64,000 bases of DNA from Lytechinus pictus (taxonomy: Eukaryota), in NCBI RefSeq assembly GCF_037042905.1, contig NC_087246.1:4652001-4716000 (forward strand), given 5' to 3'. Position numbers and translations under genes: made by a program. The stretch's first letter is position 1, and each line of letters begins with the position of its first letter. Below the pieces are notes generated by a model, which was given only the letters and a program-made list of their open reading frames with translations, made no database searches and was not told where the DNA came from. Below, one piece after another: positions 12,983 to 25,444 of the stretch.

Positions 12983-13759
12983 TTAAACAAAATATAAGAG
13001 AAAGCAATTAAGAGACCGCCATTGTGAGCGATTTTTAATGATGGCAGCCTCAAATGAATGCAATGGTTTGACCTTCATATAAATGTGACCAGGCATGGCA
13101 AAACCAAACCCACAAAAAGTCACACTGTGTGATTAATTCACTTATGATCGAGCTTTAGCAGTGCATAATGTGGTCAGAGTAGTTTTCTTTTAATTTTATT
13201 TTTATTAGACACATTATTTGCCCTATCTGGGGATATTGCATTTTTAAAAGACAAAGTAGACTTATTCCCCATATTTTTAACACCGATTAATTTTTTAAAA
13301 ATTGACTACTATATTAAGCTCTTGTTCGTCTCTGTACTTTGGAGTATTTACCGGAACTTTTAGGAAAAATATCTTATCTTCTTTTGCCACCGTTTAGCAT
13401 GAGGCACTAGGCTATAGACACGTTAATGCTACGGTAGCACTAAGTATGTTCTCATTGGTTAGGATCATCCAGACCAATATCATTTTTAAGCGGAAAATTT
13501 TTCCTCTTTCAGTATATTTCTGGCAAGCCTTTTTCCCATAAGCATGCCTGGATCTACAGATCAGCATGTCACTATTGTCAGGGACTATTTCCGATGGTTT
13601 GAGCTAATTGCTCTATTCCTTTCTTGTTGTTTTGAACATTATTGCCCATCATTATTGATATTGTACATGGTTATAATAGTTGCACAAAGAAATAACGTAC
13701 ATGTACATCACAAACACTGCATGTGCACTAGGCAGAGTCATCCAGAATCGGGGTCGAAT

Positions 13760-13853
13760 TAATTAACGCGGCGTATTTCGGGCGGCGCGGCCGCATTGAC
13801 AGCGAAAGCAAAGATCCTTGCAAGTTCAAGGCAGCTTTATTTTTTGAAGAAAG
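13760..13853 (+). promoter_or_regulatory. Putative promoter and non-coding first exon of the zinc-finger gene
   Basis: Local CpG cluster (cgcggcgtatttcgggcggcgcggccgc) followed by donor AAG|GTAGG at 13853/13854; link to the acceptor at 31445 is inferred. Confidence 0.5.
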
Positions 13854-15769
13854 GTAGGCTCCAGATTTTTCGATAACTTATGATTGTAAATTTTCATTTG
13901 AAATTTAACCTTTATGTTATCTCATGTTCGTACTCAATTTTCTTGGTTATATTTGGTCATGTTGCACAGCACTGATTTGTGCATTGTGCTGACTGCTCGC
14001 TCATCGGATCTCAACATCATTCAAAACAAATTTCAACTCCGTCATCGTATCACCGGCGCATGCAATTCTCATTCACACATATTCAATGGGCCTGCCACAG
14101 ACCTGTGATCTAGTCATTCCAAATGCACTGGATCTAAATCCCGGGCTCGGGTACGGGTAGAGCATGGCAGTGTATTCTATAGACCAAAAGCTTCAGTCTC
14201 TGTATTTTGGTTGTTCCGCTGAATTTGCTCCACTCACCATGCATGAATACATAGACATAGGCCTAGTAAAATGTCAGAATTTTTAAATAAATAACCAGAA
14301 ATGACAGTTATTCCTGTCTTTGGCGTATTGCAAGACATTTCAATTCAGACAGAGGCAGAGCTTTGCCTTTGGGCCTTTTTGGCTGCCTTTAAATTAAAGG
14401 CTTTAATTTAGAAATGACAACTAGAGTCTAGACTAGAGGAAATGAATCAAGGAAAATTTGCACTTGCCATTCTTGCTATTCCTTTTATTGACCTGAATTT
14501 GATAAAATCACTTCATATTTACCAACCGTTTTCTTTGCATCTCACTTGCGTCTTGCCGCATACCTAGCCAGGAGGCTTCTAGAGAGTAAAAATCATTTAC
14601 TAACATTATGGTATGCTTACTCTCAATGAAGCCAGGAATTCCTTCCCATTCATCTGCACGCACTGCCCCAAAACCTGAAACTCTCGCCCCCGAGATTTCT
14701 ATTTTCCTTCTAAAAGATCTAGCCCTAAATCATGTACATGCATTACATGGGATACAATTTCATTTCTAGGCTATCGATATTATTTTTAAACAAGAATTCA
14801 TCAAAAAAATGAGAAAAATATTATGAAAAGACGGAAGAGACTTGCCCGATGTTTACGCCGCCATCTTGTTTCCTATTGTTCTTCCCCAACGTTACGGACG
14901 CGTGCGTCTCGCAACTTGGGAATAATTTTTGTATTTACCAGAGCGCTCAAAAACTTGAATTTTGTGTATGCCCTCTATTGGTGGAAGGTAATGTGGCAAT
15001 AGAATTTTCATTTTTCAATCTCTATTTTGAATTTAGAAGAAAAGACTTAAAAAGCCAAGTTATATGATGATTTTAGCTGTAATGGGATCTGACAGTGTCA
15101 AACAATCAAGCATTTTTCCCAAAGAAAGAGGGAAAATAAGCCAAACACTGCCAACCTTATTATTTTGCCACACATGGAGTACAAATTAGAGAACAGGGTT
15201 ATATCATAACCTTGTTATTTGTATGAGTGACCCCTAGCAGGATTGGGAAAATTGTGATTTCAAGTTCGGTGATGGTGTTGGTGATTTGAAGCCCACAAAC
15301 AGGCGAGGAACATGATGAAACATCCCAGTAAAATTATATTTTTACAGATAAGATGAGTGCAAATCATTAACTTGGAACTTGGATAGTTAGAGAGTTAGGT
15401 AATCCTGGGTTTTAGGGGCGTAAAATATCTGTATACATTACCGGCCTCTAACTTCAGCAAATCATCCCAGCATAGTATGGACGGCTAAAGGGGCAAATAT
15501 TCAAATATGATTGAGCTGTTTTCATCATTGTTGTCTCGCATGTTATAGCTGGATCTTTTCTTGAAACTTTGGCATTAGGGCAATCAAGTTTAACTGACCG
15601 AGTTGAAGGTCACATGATCAAGGTCAAAGGTCATTTAGGGTGAAAATTTTAACAAAATAATTGTATTTTCCCCAAGAAATTTGAATGTAAGGGTAATTGA
15701 GTTTACTTTTAATATCAACTTATTGCTGGTCACCTGAACAAGGTCAAAGGTCATCTTAATTCGAGGGGA

Positions 15770-18700
15770 TTTGGCTTTAAAGGGGGAGGGGGGTTCTTCC
15801 AAGTACCCTACATTTTAGTGGAAAGGGGGTCAAATTGGCCTTTATATATATTGCACCTACTGGGTTTGAGGGGTATAAATTATGTTTTGGCTTAAGGAGG
15901 GGGGGGGGGTACTTCAAAGAACTCTACATTTCAGTGGAGAGGGATCAAATTGGCCTATATAATATTCCCTTATTGTACCTACTGGGTTTTAGGGGTATAA
16001 ACTATTTTTTGGCTTGAGGGGGGAGAGGTACTTCCAAGAACCCTACATTTGAGTGGAGAGGGGATCAAATTGGGCTATATATATATTGCACCTATGGGTT
16101 TTAGGGGTACAAACTATTTTTTGGCTTGAGGGGGGGGGGTACTTCCAAGAACCCTACATTTAATTGGAGAGGGGATGAAATTGGCCTATATATATTACCA
16201 TATTGTACCTACTGGGTTTTAGGGGCATAAACTAATTTTTGGCTTGAGGGGGGGGGGTACTTCCAAGAACCCTACATTTAATTGGAGAGGGGATGAAATT
16301 GGCCTATATATATTACCGAATTGTACCTACTGGGTTTTAGGGGCATAAACTATTTTTTGGATTAAGGGGGGGGGGGACTTCCAAGAACCCTACATTTAAT
16401 TGGAGAGGGGATGAAATTGGCCTATATATATTACCATATTGTACCTACTGGGTTTTAGGGGCATAAACTATTTTTTGGCTTGAGGGGGGGGGGGGTACTT
16501 CCAAGAACCCTACATTTAATTGGAGAGGGGATGAAATTGGCCTATATATATTACCGTATTGTACCTACTGGGTTTTAGGGGCATAAACTATTTTAGGGAC
16601 TTGAAGGGGGGGGGGGGGGTACTTCCAAGAACCCTACATTTAATTGGAGAGGGGATGAAATTGGCCTATATATATTACCATATTGTACCTACTGGGTTTT
16701 AGGGGCATAAACTATTTTAGGGATTTGAAGGGGGGGGGGGTACTTCCAAGAACCCAACATTTAATTGGAAAGGGGATGAAATTGGCCTATATATATTACC
16801 ATATTGTACCTACTGGGTTTTAGGGGCATAAACTATTTTTTGGCTTGAGGGGGGGGGGGTACTTCCAAGAACCCTACATTTAATTGGAGAGGGGATGAAA
16901 TTGGCCTATATATATTACCGTATTGTACCTACTGGGTTTTAGGGGCATAAACTATTATTTTGCTTGAGGGGGGGGGGTACTTCCAAGAACCCTACATTTA
17001 ATTGGAGAGGGGATGAAATTGGCCTATATATATTACCATATTGTACCTACTGGGTTTTAGGGGCATAAACTAATTTTTGGCTTGAGGGGGGGGGGTACTT
17101 CCAAGAACCCTACATTTAATTGGAGAGGGGATGAAATTGGCCTATATATATTACCGAATTGTACCTACTGGGTTTTAGGGGCATAAACTATTTTTTGGCT
17201 TGAGGGGGGGGGGGGTACTTCCAAGAACCCTACATTTAATTGGAGAGGGGATGAAATTGGCCTATATATATTACCGTATTGTACCTACTGGGTTTTAGGG
17301 GCATAAACTATTTTTTGGCTTGAGGGGGGGGGGGGTACTTCCAAGAACCCTACATTTAATTGTATTGTACCTACTGGGTTTTAGGGGCATAAACTATTTT
17401 AGGGATTTGAAGGGGGGGTACTTCCAAGAACCCTACATTTAATTGGAGAGGGGATGAAATTGGCCTATATATATTACCGTATTGTACCTACTGGGTTTTA
17501 GGGGCATAAACTATTTTTTGGCTTGAGGGGGGGGGGTACTTCCAAGAACCCTACATTTAATTGGAGAGGGGATGAAATTGGCCTATATAATTACCGTTAT
17601 GTACCTACTGGGTTTTAGGGGCATAAACTATTTTAGGGATTTGAAGGGGGGGTACTTCCAAGAACCCAACATTTAATTGGAAAGGGGATGAAATTGGCCT
17701 ATATATATTACCATATTGTACCTACTGGGTTTTAGGGGCATAAACTATTTTTTGGCTTGAGGGGGGGGGGGGGGTACTTCCAAGAACCCTACATTTAATT
17801 GGAGAGGGGATGAAATTGGCCTATATATATTACCATATTGTACCTACTGGGTTTTAGGGGCATAAACTATTTTAGGGATTGAGGGGGGGGGGGACTTCCA
17901 AGAACCCTACATTTAATTGGAGAGGGGATGAAATTGGCCTATATATATTACCATATTGTACCTACTGGGTTTTAGGGGCATAAACTATTTTAGGGATTTG
18001 AAGGGGGGGTACTTCCAAGAACCCAACATTTAATTGGAAAGGGGATGAAATTGGCCTATATATATTACCATATTGTACCTACTGGGTTTTAGGGGCATAA
18101 ACTATTTTTTGGCTTGAGGGGGGGGGGGTACTTCCAAGAACCCTACATTTAATTGGAGAGGGGATGAAATTGGCCTATATATATTACCGTTATGTACCTA
18201 CTGGGTTTTAGGGGCATAAACTATTTTTTGGCTTGAGGGGGGGGGGGGTACTTCCAAGAACCCTACATTTAATTGGAGAGGGGATGAAATTGGCCTATAT
18301 ATATTACCGTTATGTACCTACTGGGTTTTAGGGGCATAAACTATTTTTTGGACTTGAAGGGGGGGGGGGTACTTCCAAGAACCCAACATTTAATTGGAAA
18401 GGGGATGAAATTGGCCTTTATATATTACCGTTATGTACCTACTGGGTTTTAGGGGCATAAAATATTTTTTGGCTTGAGGGGGGGGGGGGGTACTTCCAAG
18501 AACCCTACATTTAATTGGAGAGGGGATGAAATTGGCCTATATATATTACCGTATTGTACCTACTGGGTTTTAGGGGCATAAACTATTTTTTGGCTTGAGG
18601 GGGGGGGGGTACTTCCAAGAACCCTACATTTAATTGTATTGTACCTACTGGGTTTTAGGGGCATAAACTATTTTAGGGATTTGAAGGGGGGGTACTTCCA

Positions 18701-20868
18701 AGAACCCTACATTTAATTGGAGAGGGGATGAAATTGGCCTATATATATTACCGTATTGTACCTACTGGGTTTTAGGGGCATAAACTATTTTTTGGCTTGA
18801 GGGGGGGGGGGGGTACTTCCAAGAACCCTACATTTAATTGGAGAGGGGATGAAATTGGCCTATATATATTACCATATTGTACCTACTGGGTTTTAGGGGC
18901 ATAAACTATTTTAGGGATTGAGGGGGGGGGGACTTCCAAGAACCCTACATTTAATTGGAGAGGGGATGAAATTGGCCTATATATATTACCATATTGTACC
19001 TACTGGGTTTTAGGGGCATAAACTATTTTAGGGATTTGAAGGGGGGGTACTTCCAAGAACCCAACATTTAATTGGAAAGGGGATGAAATTGGCCTATATA
19101 TATTACCATATTGTACCTACTGGGTTTTAGGGGCATAAACTATTTTTTGGCTTGAGGGGGGGGGGGTACTTCCAAGAACCCTACATTTAATTGGAGAGGG
19201 GATGAAATTGGCCTATATATATTACCGTTATGTACCTACTGGGTTTTAGGGGCATAAAATATTTTTTGGCTTGGGGGGGGGGGTACTTCCAAAAACCCTA
19301 CATTTAATTGGAGAGGGGATGAAATTGGCCTATATATATTACCATATTGTACCTACTGGGTTTTAGGGGCATAAACTATTTTAGGGATTTGAAGGGGGGG
19401 TACTTCCAAGAACCCAACATTTAATTGGAAAGGGGATGAAATTGGCCTATATATATTACCATATTGTACCTACTGGGTTTTAGGGGCATAAACTATTTTT
19501 TGGCTTGAGGGGGGGGAAGAACCCTACATTTAATTGGAGAGGGGATGAAATTGGCCTATATATATTACCATATTGTACCTACTGGGTTTTAGGGGCATAA
19601 ACTATTTTAGGGATTTGAAGGGGGGGTACTTCCAAGAACCCAACATTTAATTGGAAAGGGGATGAAATTGGCCTATATATATTACCATATTGTACCTACT
19701 GGGTTTTAGGGGCATAAACTATTTTAGGGATTGAGGGGGGGGGGGATTTCCATGAACCCTACATTTAATTGGAGAGGGGATGAAATTGGCCTATATATAT
19801 TACCATATTGTACCTACTGGGTTTTAGGGGCATAAACTATTTTAGGGATTTGAAGGGGGGGTACTTCCAAGAACCCAACATTTAATTGGAAAGGGGATGA
19901 AATTAGCCTATATATATTACCATATTGTACCTACTGGGTTTTAGGGGCATAAACTATTTTTTGGCTTGAGGGGGGGGGGGGTACTTCCAAGAACCCTACA
20001 TTTAATTGGAGAGGGGATGAAATTGGCCTATATATATTACCGTTATGTACCTACTGGGTTTTAGGGGCATAAACTATTTTTTGGCTTGAGGGGGGGGGGG
20101 GTACTTCCAAGAACCCTACATTTAATTGGAGAGGGGATGAAATTGGCCTATATATATTACTGTTATGTACCTACTGGGTTTTAGGGGCATAAACTATTTT
20201 TTGGACTTGAAGGGGGGGGGGGTACTTCCAAGAACCCAACATTTAATTGGAAAGGGGATGAAATTGGCCTTTATATATTACCGTTATGTACCTACTGGGT
20301 TTTAGGGGCATAAAATATTTTTTGGCTTGGGGGGGGGGGGGGGTACTTCCAAAAACCCTACATTTAATTGGAGAGGGGATGAAATTGGCCTATATATATT
20401 ACCATCCATTCAAGCCTAACCGCTCACGATGGTGGTCTCCTGCGTTCATTTATTACATTATATATATATGTTTACATTTATAAAATATTAATTTGTACTC
20501 ACACTCTTATTTGTATTTATCATGTAATATGACTACATTGTTTATATTGTGAATTATTTTGTATATTGTAATTGTAAATATTTTTGTATTGTGTTTTTGA
20601 ACGCAGAAATAAATGCAAGCAAACAAGCAAACAAACCATATTGTACCTACTGGGTTTTAGGGGCATAAACTATTTTAGGGATTGAGGGGGGGGGGGACTT
20701 CCAAGAACCCTACATTTAATTGGAGAGGGGATGAAATTGGCCTATATATATTACCGTATTGTACCTACTGGGTTTTAGGGGCATAAACTATTTTTTGGCT
20801 TGAGGGGGGGGGGGGGGTACTTCCAAGAACCCTACATTTAATTGGAGAGGAGATGAAATTGGCCTATT
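15770..20868 (+). repeat. ~120-bp G-rich tandem array, about 41 units (left arm)
   Basis: Unit TACTTCCAAGAACCCTACATTTAATTGGAGAGGGGATGAAATTGGCCTATATATATTACCATATTGTACCTACTGGGTTTTAGGGGCATAAACTATTTTTTGGCTTGA(G)n. Confidence 0.97.
20406..20634 (+). mobile_element. LINE 3'-tail insertion in the array
   Basis: CTGCGTTCA...TGAACGCAG stem, AATAAA, (CAAG/CAAA)n tail, flanking ACCAT direct repeat; array resumes in register. Confidence 0.7.
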
Positions 20869-21038
20869 AAACAGCCTGAAAACATAAATAATACAGCTCT
20901 TCTAATGTTTTCTATGTTGATGAATTAATTTATGGTAGTAATTTTCCATTTTAACCAATGCCAATGCCTTAATTAGAATTACTGGCTCAATGCACTAATT
21001 AACATCTATGTGCAATATATCAAGTATATATTCCTATG

Positions 21039-21312
21039 ACCGGTGTGTTGTCTCAGTTGGTAGAGCGTCCGTCTCACAACTGGGAGGTCGGGGGTTCAAA
21101 CCCCGCCCGCGTCAGACCAAAAGACGTTAAAGATGGGAGATGCTGCTACCCTGTTTGACGTTCAATGATTAAAGGGATAGAACCTCGTTCATCCGGTGCT
21201 GCACAGCGGCCGCCGGGCCCGCGATCAATTGGGCATCGCAAATTTTCGGACTATTTCATTTCATGTCTATTTCGAACAATAAATTATGGATTCTCATTTT
21301 TTTTTCATTTTT
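21039..21312 (+). mobile_element. tRNA-derived SINE, possibly with a Meta/MESC-type central domain
   Basis: Pol III A box (TCAGTTGGTAGAGC) and B box (GGTTCAAACCC), then a non-tRNA body ACCAAAAGACGTTAAAGATGGG...TGCTGCTACCCTG and a (TTTTTCA)-type tail. Confidence 0.8.
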
Positions 21313-21429
21313 TCTATGTTAGTTTATATCGAGTGTGCCTGAAAAACATGAAAAATATATCACTATCCTATGGCTAGTGGTAATTAAAATACAGGTGCAA
21401 TACATATATTTCGTTGTCTCTGTATTTAT

Positions 21430-22305
21430 TGTGTCGCCTGCATAGCAGAGCAAGACTATAGGCGCTGCTTTTACGACGGCGGCGGCGACGGCAGCGTCGT
21501 CAACATTGATATATATATAAAATAAGCAATGCCAATGTCATCATAACTTAGAAAGTATATGAACCTAGTTCATGAAACTGGGACATAAAAGTAATCAAGT
21601 ATTACTGAACATCTTGCCTTAGTTTCAGGTCCCATGACTAAGATCAATGGTCATTTAGGGCCAATGAACTAAGATCTTGTTGGGGGAATACATATCAAAA
21701 TCTTAACCAAGGATAAGTTTTAAAAATGTCGTCATAACCTAGAAAGTATATGGACCTAGTTCACGAAACTTAAACATAAAGGTAATCAAGTCATACTAAT
21801 ACCCTGTCTTAGTTTCAGGTCACATGACCTAGGTCAATGACCACTTAGCGTCAATGAACTTTGACCATGCTGGGGGTATTTGTGGAATTGTCATAACTTT
21901 AAAAGTTTATGGATCCACATGTAGTTAATGACATTTGGACATAAGTGCAACCATGTAGGCCGATCCCTGTATATCCTGTGCGCATGTCAGGTCAATTAAA
22001 TGACCAAGATCAAAGGTAATGTAAGGTCAATGAACTTTGGCCATGTTAGGGGTATTTTTTAACTTGGCATCATATCTTAGAAAGTTTATGGATCTAGTTC
22101 ATGAAACATAAACATATGGGTAATCAAGGATTGTTTTGCACACATGTTAGGTCACTTGATCATGGTCAAAGGCCATTTTGGATCGATGGACATCATATGA
22201 ATTGTTCTTACGTGAATATTTTATGCAATAGCTGTTTTCAAAGTCAAAACTGCTGCTATATCAAATCACGTAATGCAGGCGAGACTGCCAGAGGCGATCC
22301 ACTTT
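21430..22305 (+). mobile_element. HINE family A copy
   Basis: TGTGTCGCCTGC ... GCAGGCGAGAC; ~150-bp internal units. Confidence 0.75.
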
Positions 22306-22309
22306 GATT

Positions 22310-23345
22310 AGCTCATTATGCCAATCATTAAGCTAATTTTACAACATTAACATTGTTTAAATGAAATACGATATCATAAATGAATTCCTCGTCATAGAAA
22401 ACTATGAAATAGCTGTATTATTTATGTTTTAGGGCATTTTTTAAATATAAAATGACAAAGGAATATATATTTATATGTAATTATATTGCAGATATATGTT
22501 AATTAGCGCATTATGCTAGTTATACTAATTACGACAATTACATTGGTAAAAAGGGGGAAAATAATGTCAGAAATTAATTCCTCGTCATAGAAAACCATGG
22601 GATAGCTGTATTATTCATGTATTCGGACATTTTCGATATAAAATGACAAAGGAATGTATATATTGCACATATATGGTAATTATGCTAATTACGACAATTA
22701 CATTGGTAAGAAGGGAAAATAATGTCATAAATGAATTCCTCGCCATAGAAAACTAGCTTAGGGTACATGTAGCTGTATTAATCATGTTTTCGGACATTCT
22801 CGATATGAAATGACAAAGAAATATATATTTTTATATGTATTACACATATACATATATATATGTTAATTAGTGCATTATGCTAATTATGTTAATTACAGCA
22901 ATTTCATTGGTTAAAATTGAAAAATATGGTCATAAATGAATTCCTCGCTATAGAAAAACCCTTAAAGGGATGCATTGTCTACGTATTGGGCATTTTTTGG
23001 ATAGACATCCACAAATATACATATTGCACTTCAATGCTAATTAGCTCATTATGCTAATTGGGATTATTACGATAATAGCATAACTTAAATATTTAAATTA
23101 TTGCTTTAAATCGATTCCTCGTCACGGGACCTCTTAGTAAAATTACTTTTTTTTAAAATCTTTCTGGTTTAAGAGAAGTAGCATATTACATATCGTAATA
23201 TGCTAATTAGGCTAATAAAAATTGCTCAAGGTTACCAAGGTGGCAACCAAGCTGAATTTACTTCAATACCCATCTAGAACACAAATCAACAAAAAAACCT
23301 TGTACTTAACAACTTTTCCAGTTTTAAAAAATTTCTACTGGACTA
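22310..23345. repeat. Degenerate 160-205-bp tandem array (about 5 units) ending in a possible Academ-like terminus
   Basis: AATGAATTCCTCGTCATAGAAAAC-like anchors near 22379, 22573, 22730, 22935, 23110; ends CTGGACTA; inverted units at 20872-21037. Confidence 0.6.
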
Positions 23346-23349
23346 TCTC

Positions 23350-24205
23350 TCGTCTTTTCACATGAAAAAAAACAGATGCTCGTAAGTTTCTTCAGTATTC
23401 CCACAAAACGAACATTCACTATCTGAGAAAATTTTGAATAAATGTAAATATTTCTTCGTGTATATTAATTAATAAAGCATTTTAAATTGAAACTCTCTAA
23501 GCCTACTGCTTAGAGTACATTTTCTGGGTCTTGAAAATATAGCACAGATATCTTTCGGAGAAATTATATGTCTTCTCTATATTATTAAACGCATACGATT
23601 TTTCCAATTTAATACTTAAAAAGTGCCTTGTATATTTTCTTGGATGTAACGTTTGGTTAACTGTTAATCTTACAATTAAATATAAATTGTAGATTTAGAC
23701 CAGTGTCTTCACAGTTGTCGTTTTTCTTCAAAAGGTGTTTCCATGTTGCTGGAATATTTTTAAAAACTTTGTAAACTTTATCTATTTCATTTCCATCTAA
23801 CCCCATTTTCAGAAAGTTTGTAGGAGATTTGATGATACCTTCCTTGTCAACAATATGATGCAATTTATAATGTATATATTTTTAAGAAATGATTTTTCAT
23901 CAAATAGCATTTGCCCATTTAGTCCAATAAGTTTGTTGTTAAAAAATATCTCATTTCTTTTAGATGTTTCTTTTTTAAGAAGTACTTCTTTGGTAACGGC
24001 CCAAATTTCCAACATATCCATATAAAATTTTGGCAATGATAGTTTACAGATATTCAGTGAAGTATTAGTGAATAATAACAAAAGTCCTCCTACATCACGG
24101 GTTCCATATAAAAAAAAAAAATGTTTCCATCCTATTCTGAATCTCCTGTCAAAAGCCTTTTCAGCCACACGACTCTTTGTGCATATACAAATAAATGAAA
24201 ATCTT
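23350..24205 (-). mobile_element. Decayed Tx1/L1-clade ORF2 C-terminal fragment
   Basis: VWLKRLL...WK...GGLLLL..N...LPKFY.DMLEIW...IFFNNKLI; broken by stops and frameshifts. Confidence 0.75.
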
Positions 24206-25444
24206 GATTACTAAATCAATTACATAAAAAGATGATGTTTTGATCGCACGCTTGTCTTTTAGAAGAATACCGGTACTTGATTCCACGATTTTTCTAAAAG
24301 ATGTTGATGATTGTTTCTGATTCATGCAAAATGAGAGAATTAGCTGCAAACGCATAACCGACACTACGACGGGGACGTTTCTCACACAGTGTCATAAAGG
24401 TAGCTCTGAAAAGAGCTGTTGGGTTCATAAGGCACGTTGTGGATCCAGAGTTAATTGAAGAAATGAAAAAGCGTTGGTCTCTTTTAAATTCAGGTCGATC
24501 CTCATCACCAAACTTCGACAAGACTGGTGTTCCTTTATTGTCATTTGAAATTCTTGTTCATTCGTGACTGACTGTGTGATTGGTTCCTCCTCTTCATAGT
24601 CACTCGCTTCAAAGGTCTCCTCGTCTGTTGTGTAAGGCCACATCTTGATCCACTGCTATACAGATCAGCCCCCACCCCCAAAGAAATCCATGTCCGATGA
24701 AAAAAATAAATGGAAAAAGGAAACGAATAGGATGAAACATTACTGAACCTTCTGGGGAAAACAAACAGTCATTATTATCAATGGCTCTTAATAGAGTGAT
24801 CCGTTTCATTTGGAACAGAAGTGTAGGCTTTATGATTTCACTCACAATTTATGCAGGAACATGAAATTAATGTGTGCCATTGGTTGTGGTTTTTCATATC
24901 ATACCTAGTTAGAACAAATAAAACATACAATGTTATCTCCAATTACTAATACAGCTCCCCCACCATTGGGCCTACATTATAAATGGGGAATAAAAATGAA
25001 TAAAACTGAATGTCATTTATATTTTCTGATATGTTTTATTTATTGTAATTATTGCATTATAAATTTTGTTGGAAAAATGAATAAATAAATAAATGAATGA
25101 ATGAAATGAAAAAGACGGATTAAGTGTAATCACTTCATTGAGTTAGATTCCATTAAAAAAATGTTACTTATGGTCATCCATCCATGACACTTTCAATTCT
25201 TGTCATAAGCAATTAATGTAAACATTTCAATATCATTTTATATTTATGCCAAATAGTATTAATGGCAAATTCTATCATTCTATATTGGCAAATAAACTGT
25301 ACATACCTGTACCTTTCTCCAATTAGGATATGGAGAGTTTTTTTATCAGGGAAATGTCAACGCATAGGCATTTGGAAGTGGATGGCCCAGGCTTCCTGAT
25401 GCTTCATCGATGACATCACCCCTTCAAAAATTATCACTCCATAC

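Noticed and set aside
15770..20868. CRISPR-like array
   Set aside because: Units are contiguous near-identical copies with no unique spacers; eukaryotic context, no cas genes.
15770..20868. Interstitial telomere
   Set aside because: TTAGGG occurs only once or twice per 120-bp unit, never as tandem hexamers.
21039..21115. Functional tRNA-Val(CAC) gene
   Set aside because: Stems pair poorly, no T-run terminator follows, and it continues into a SINE body and tail.
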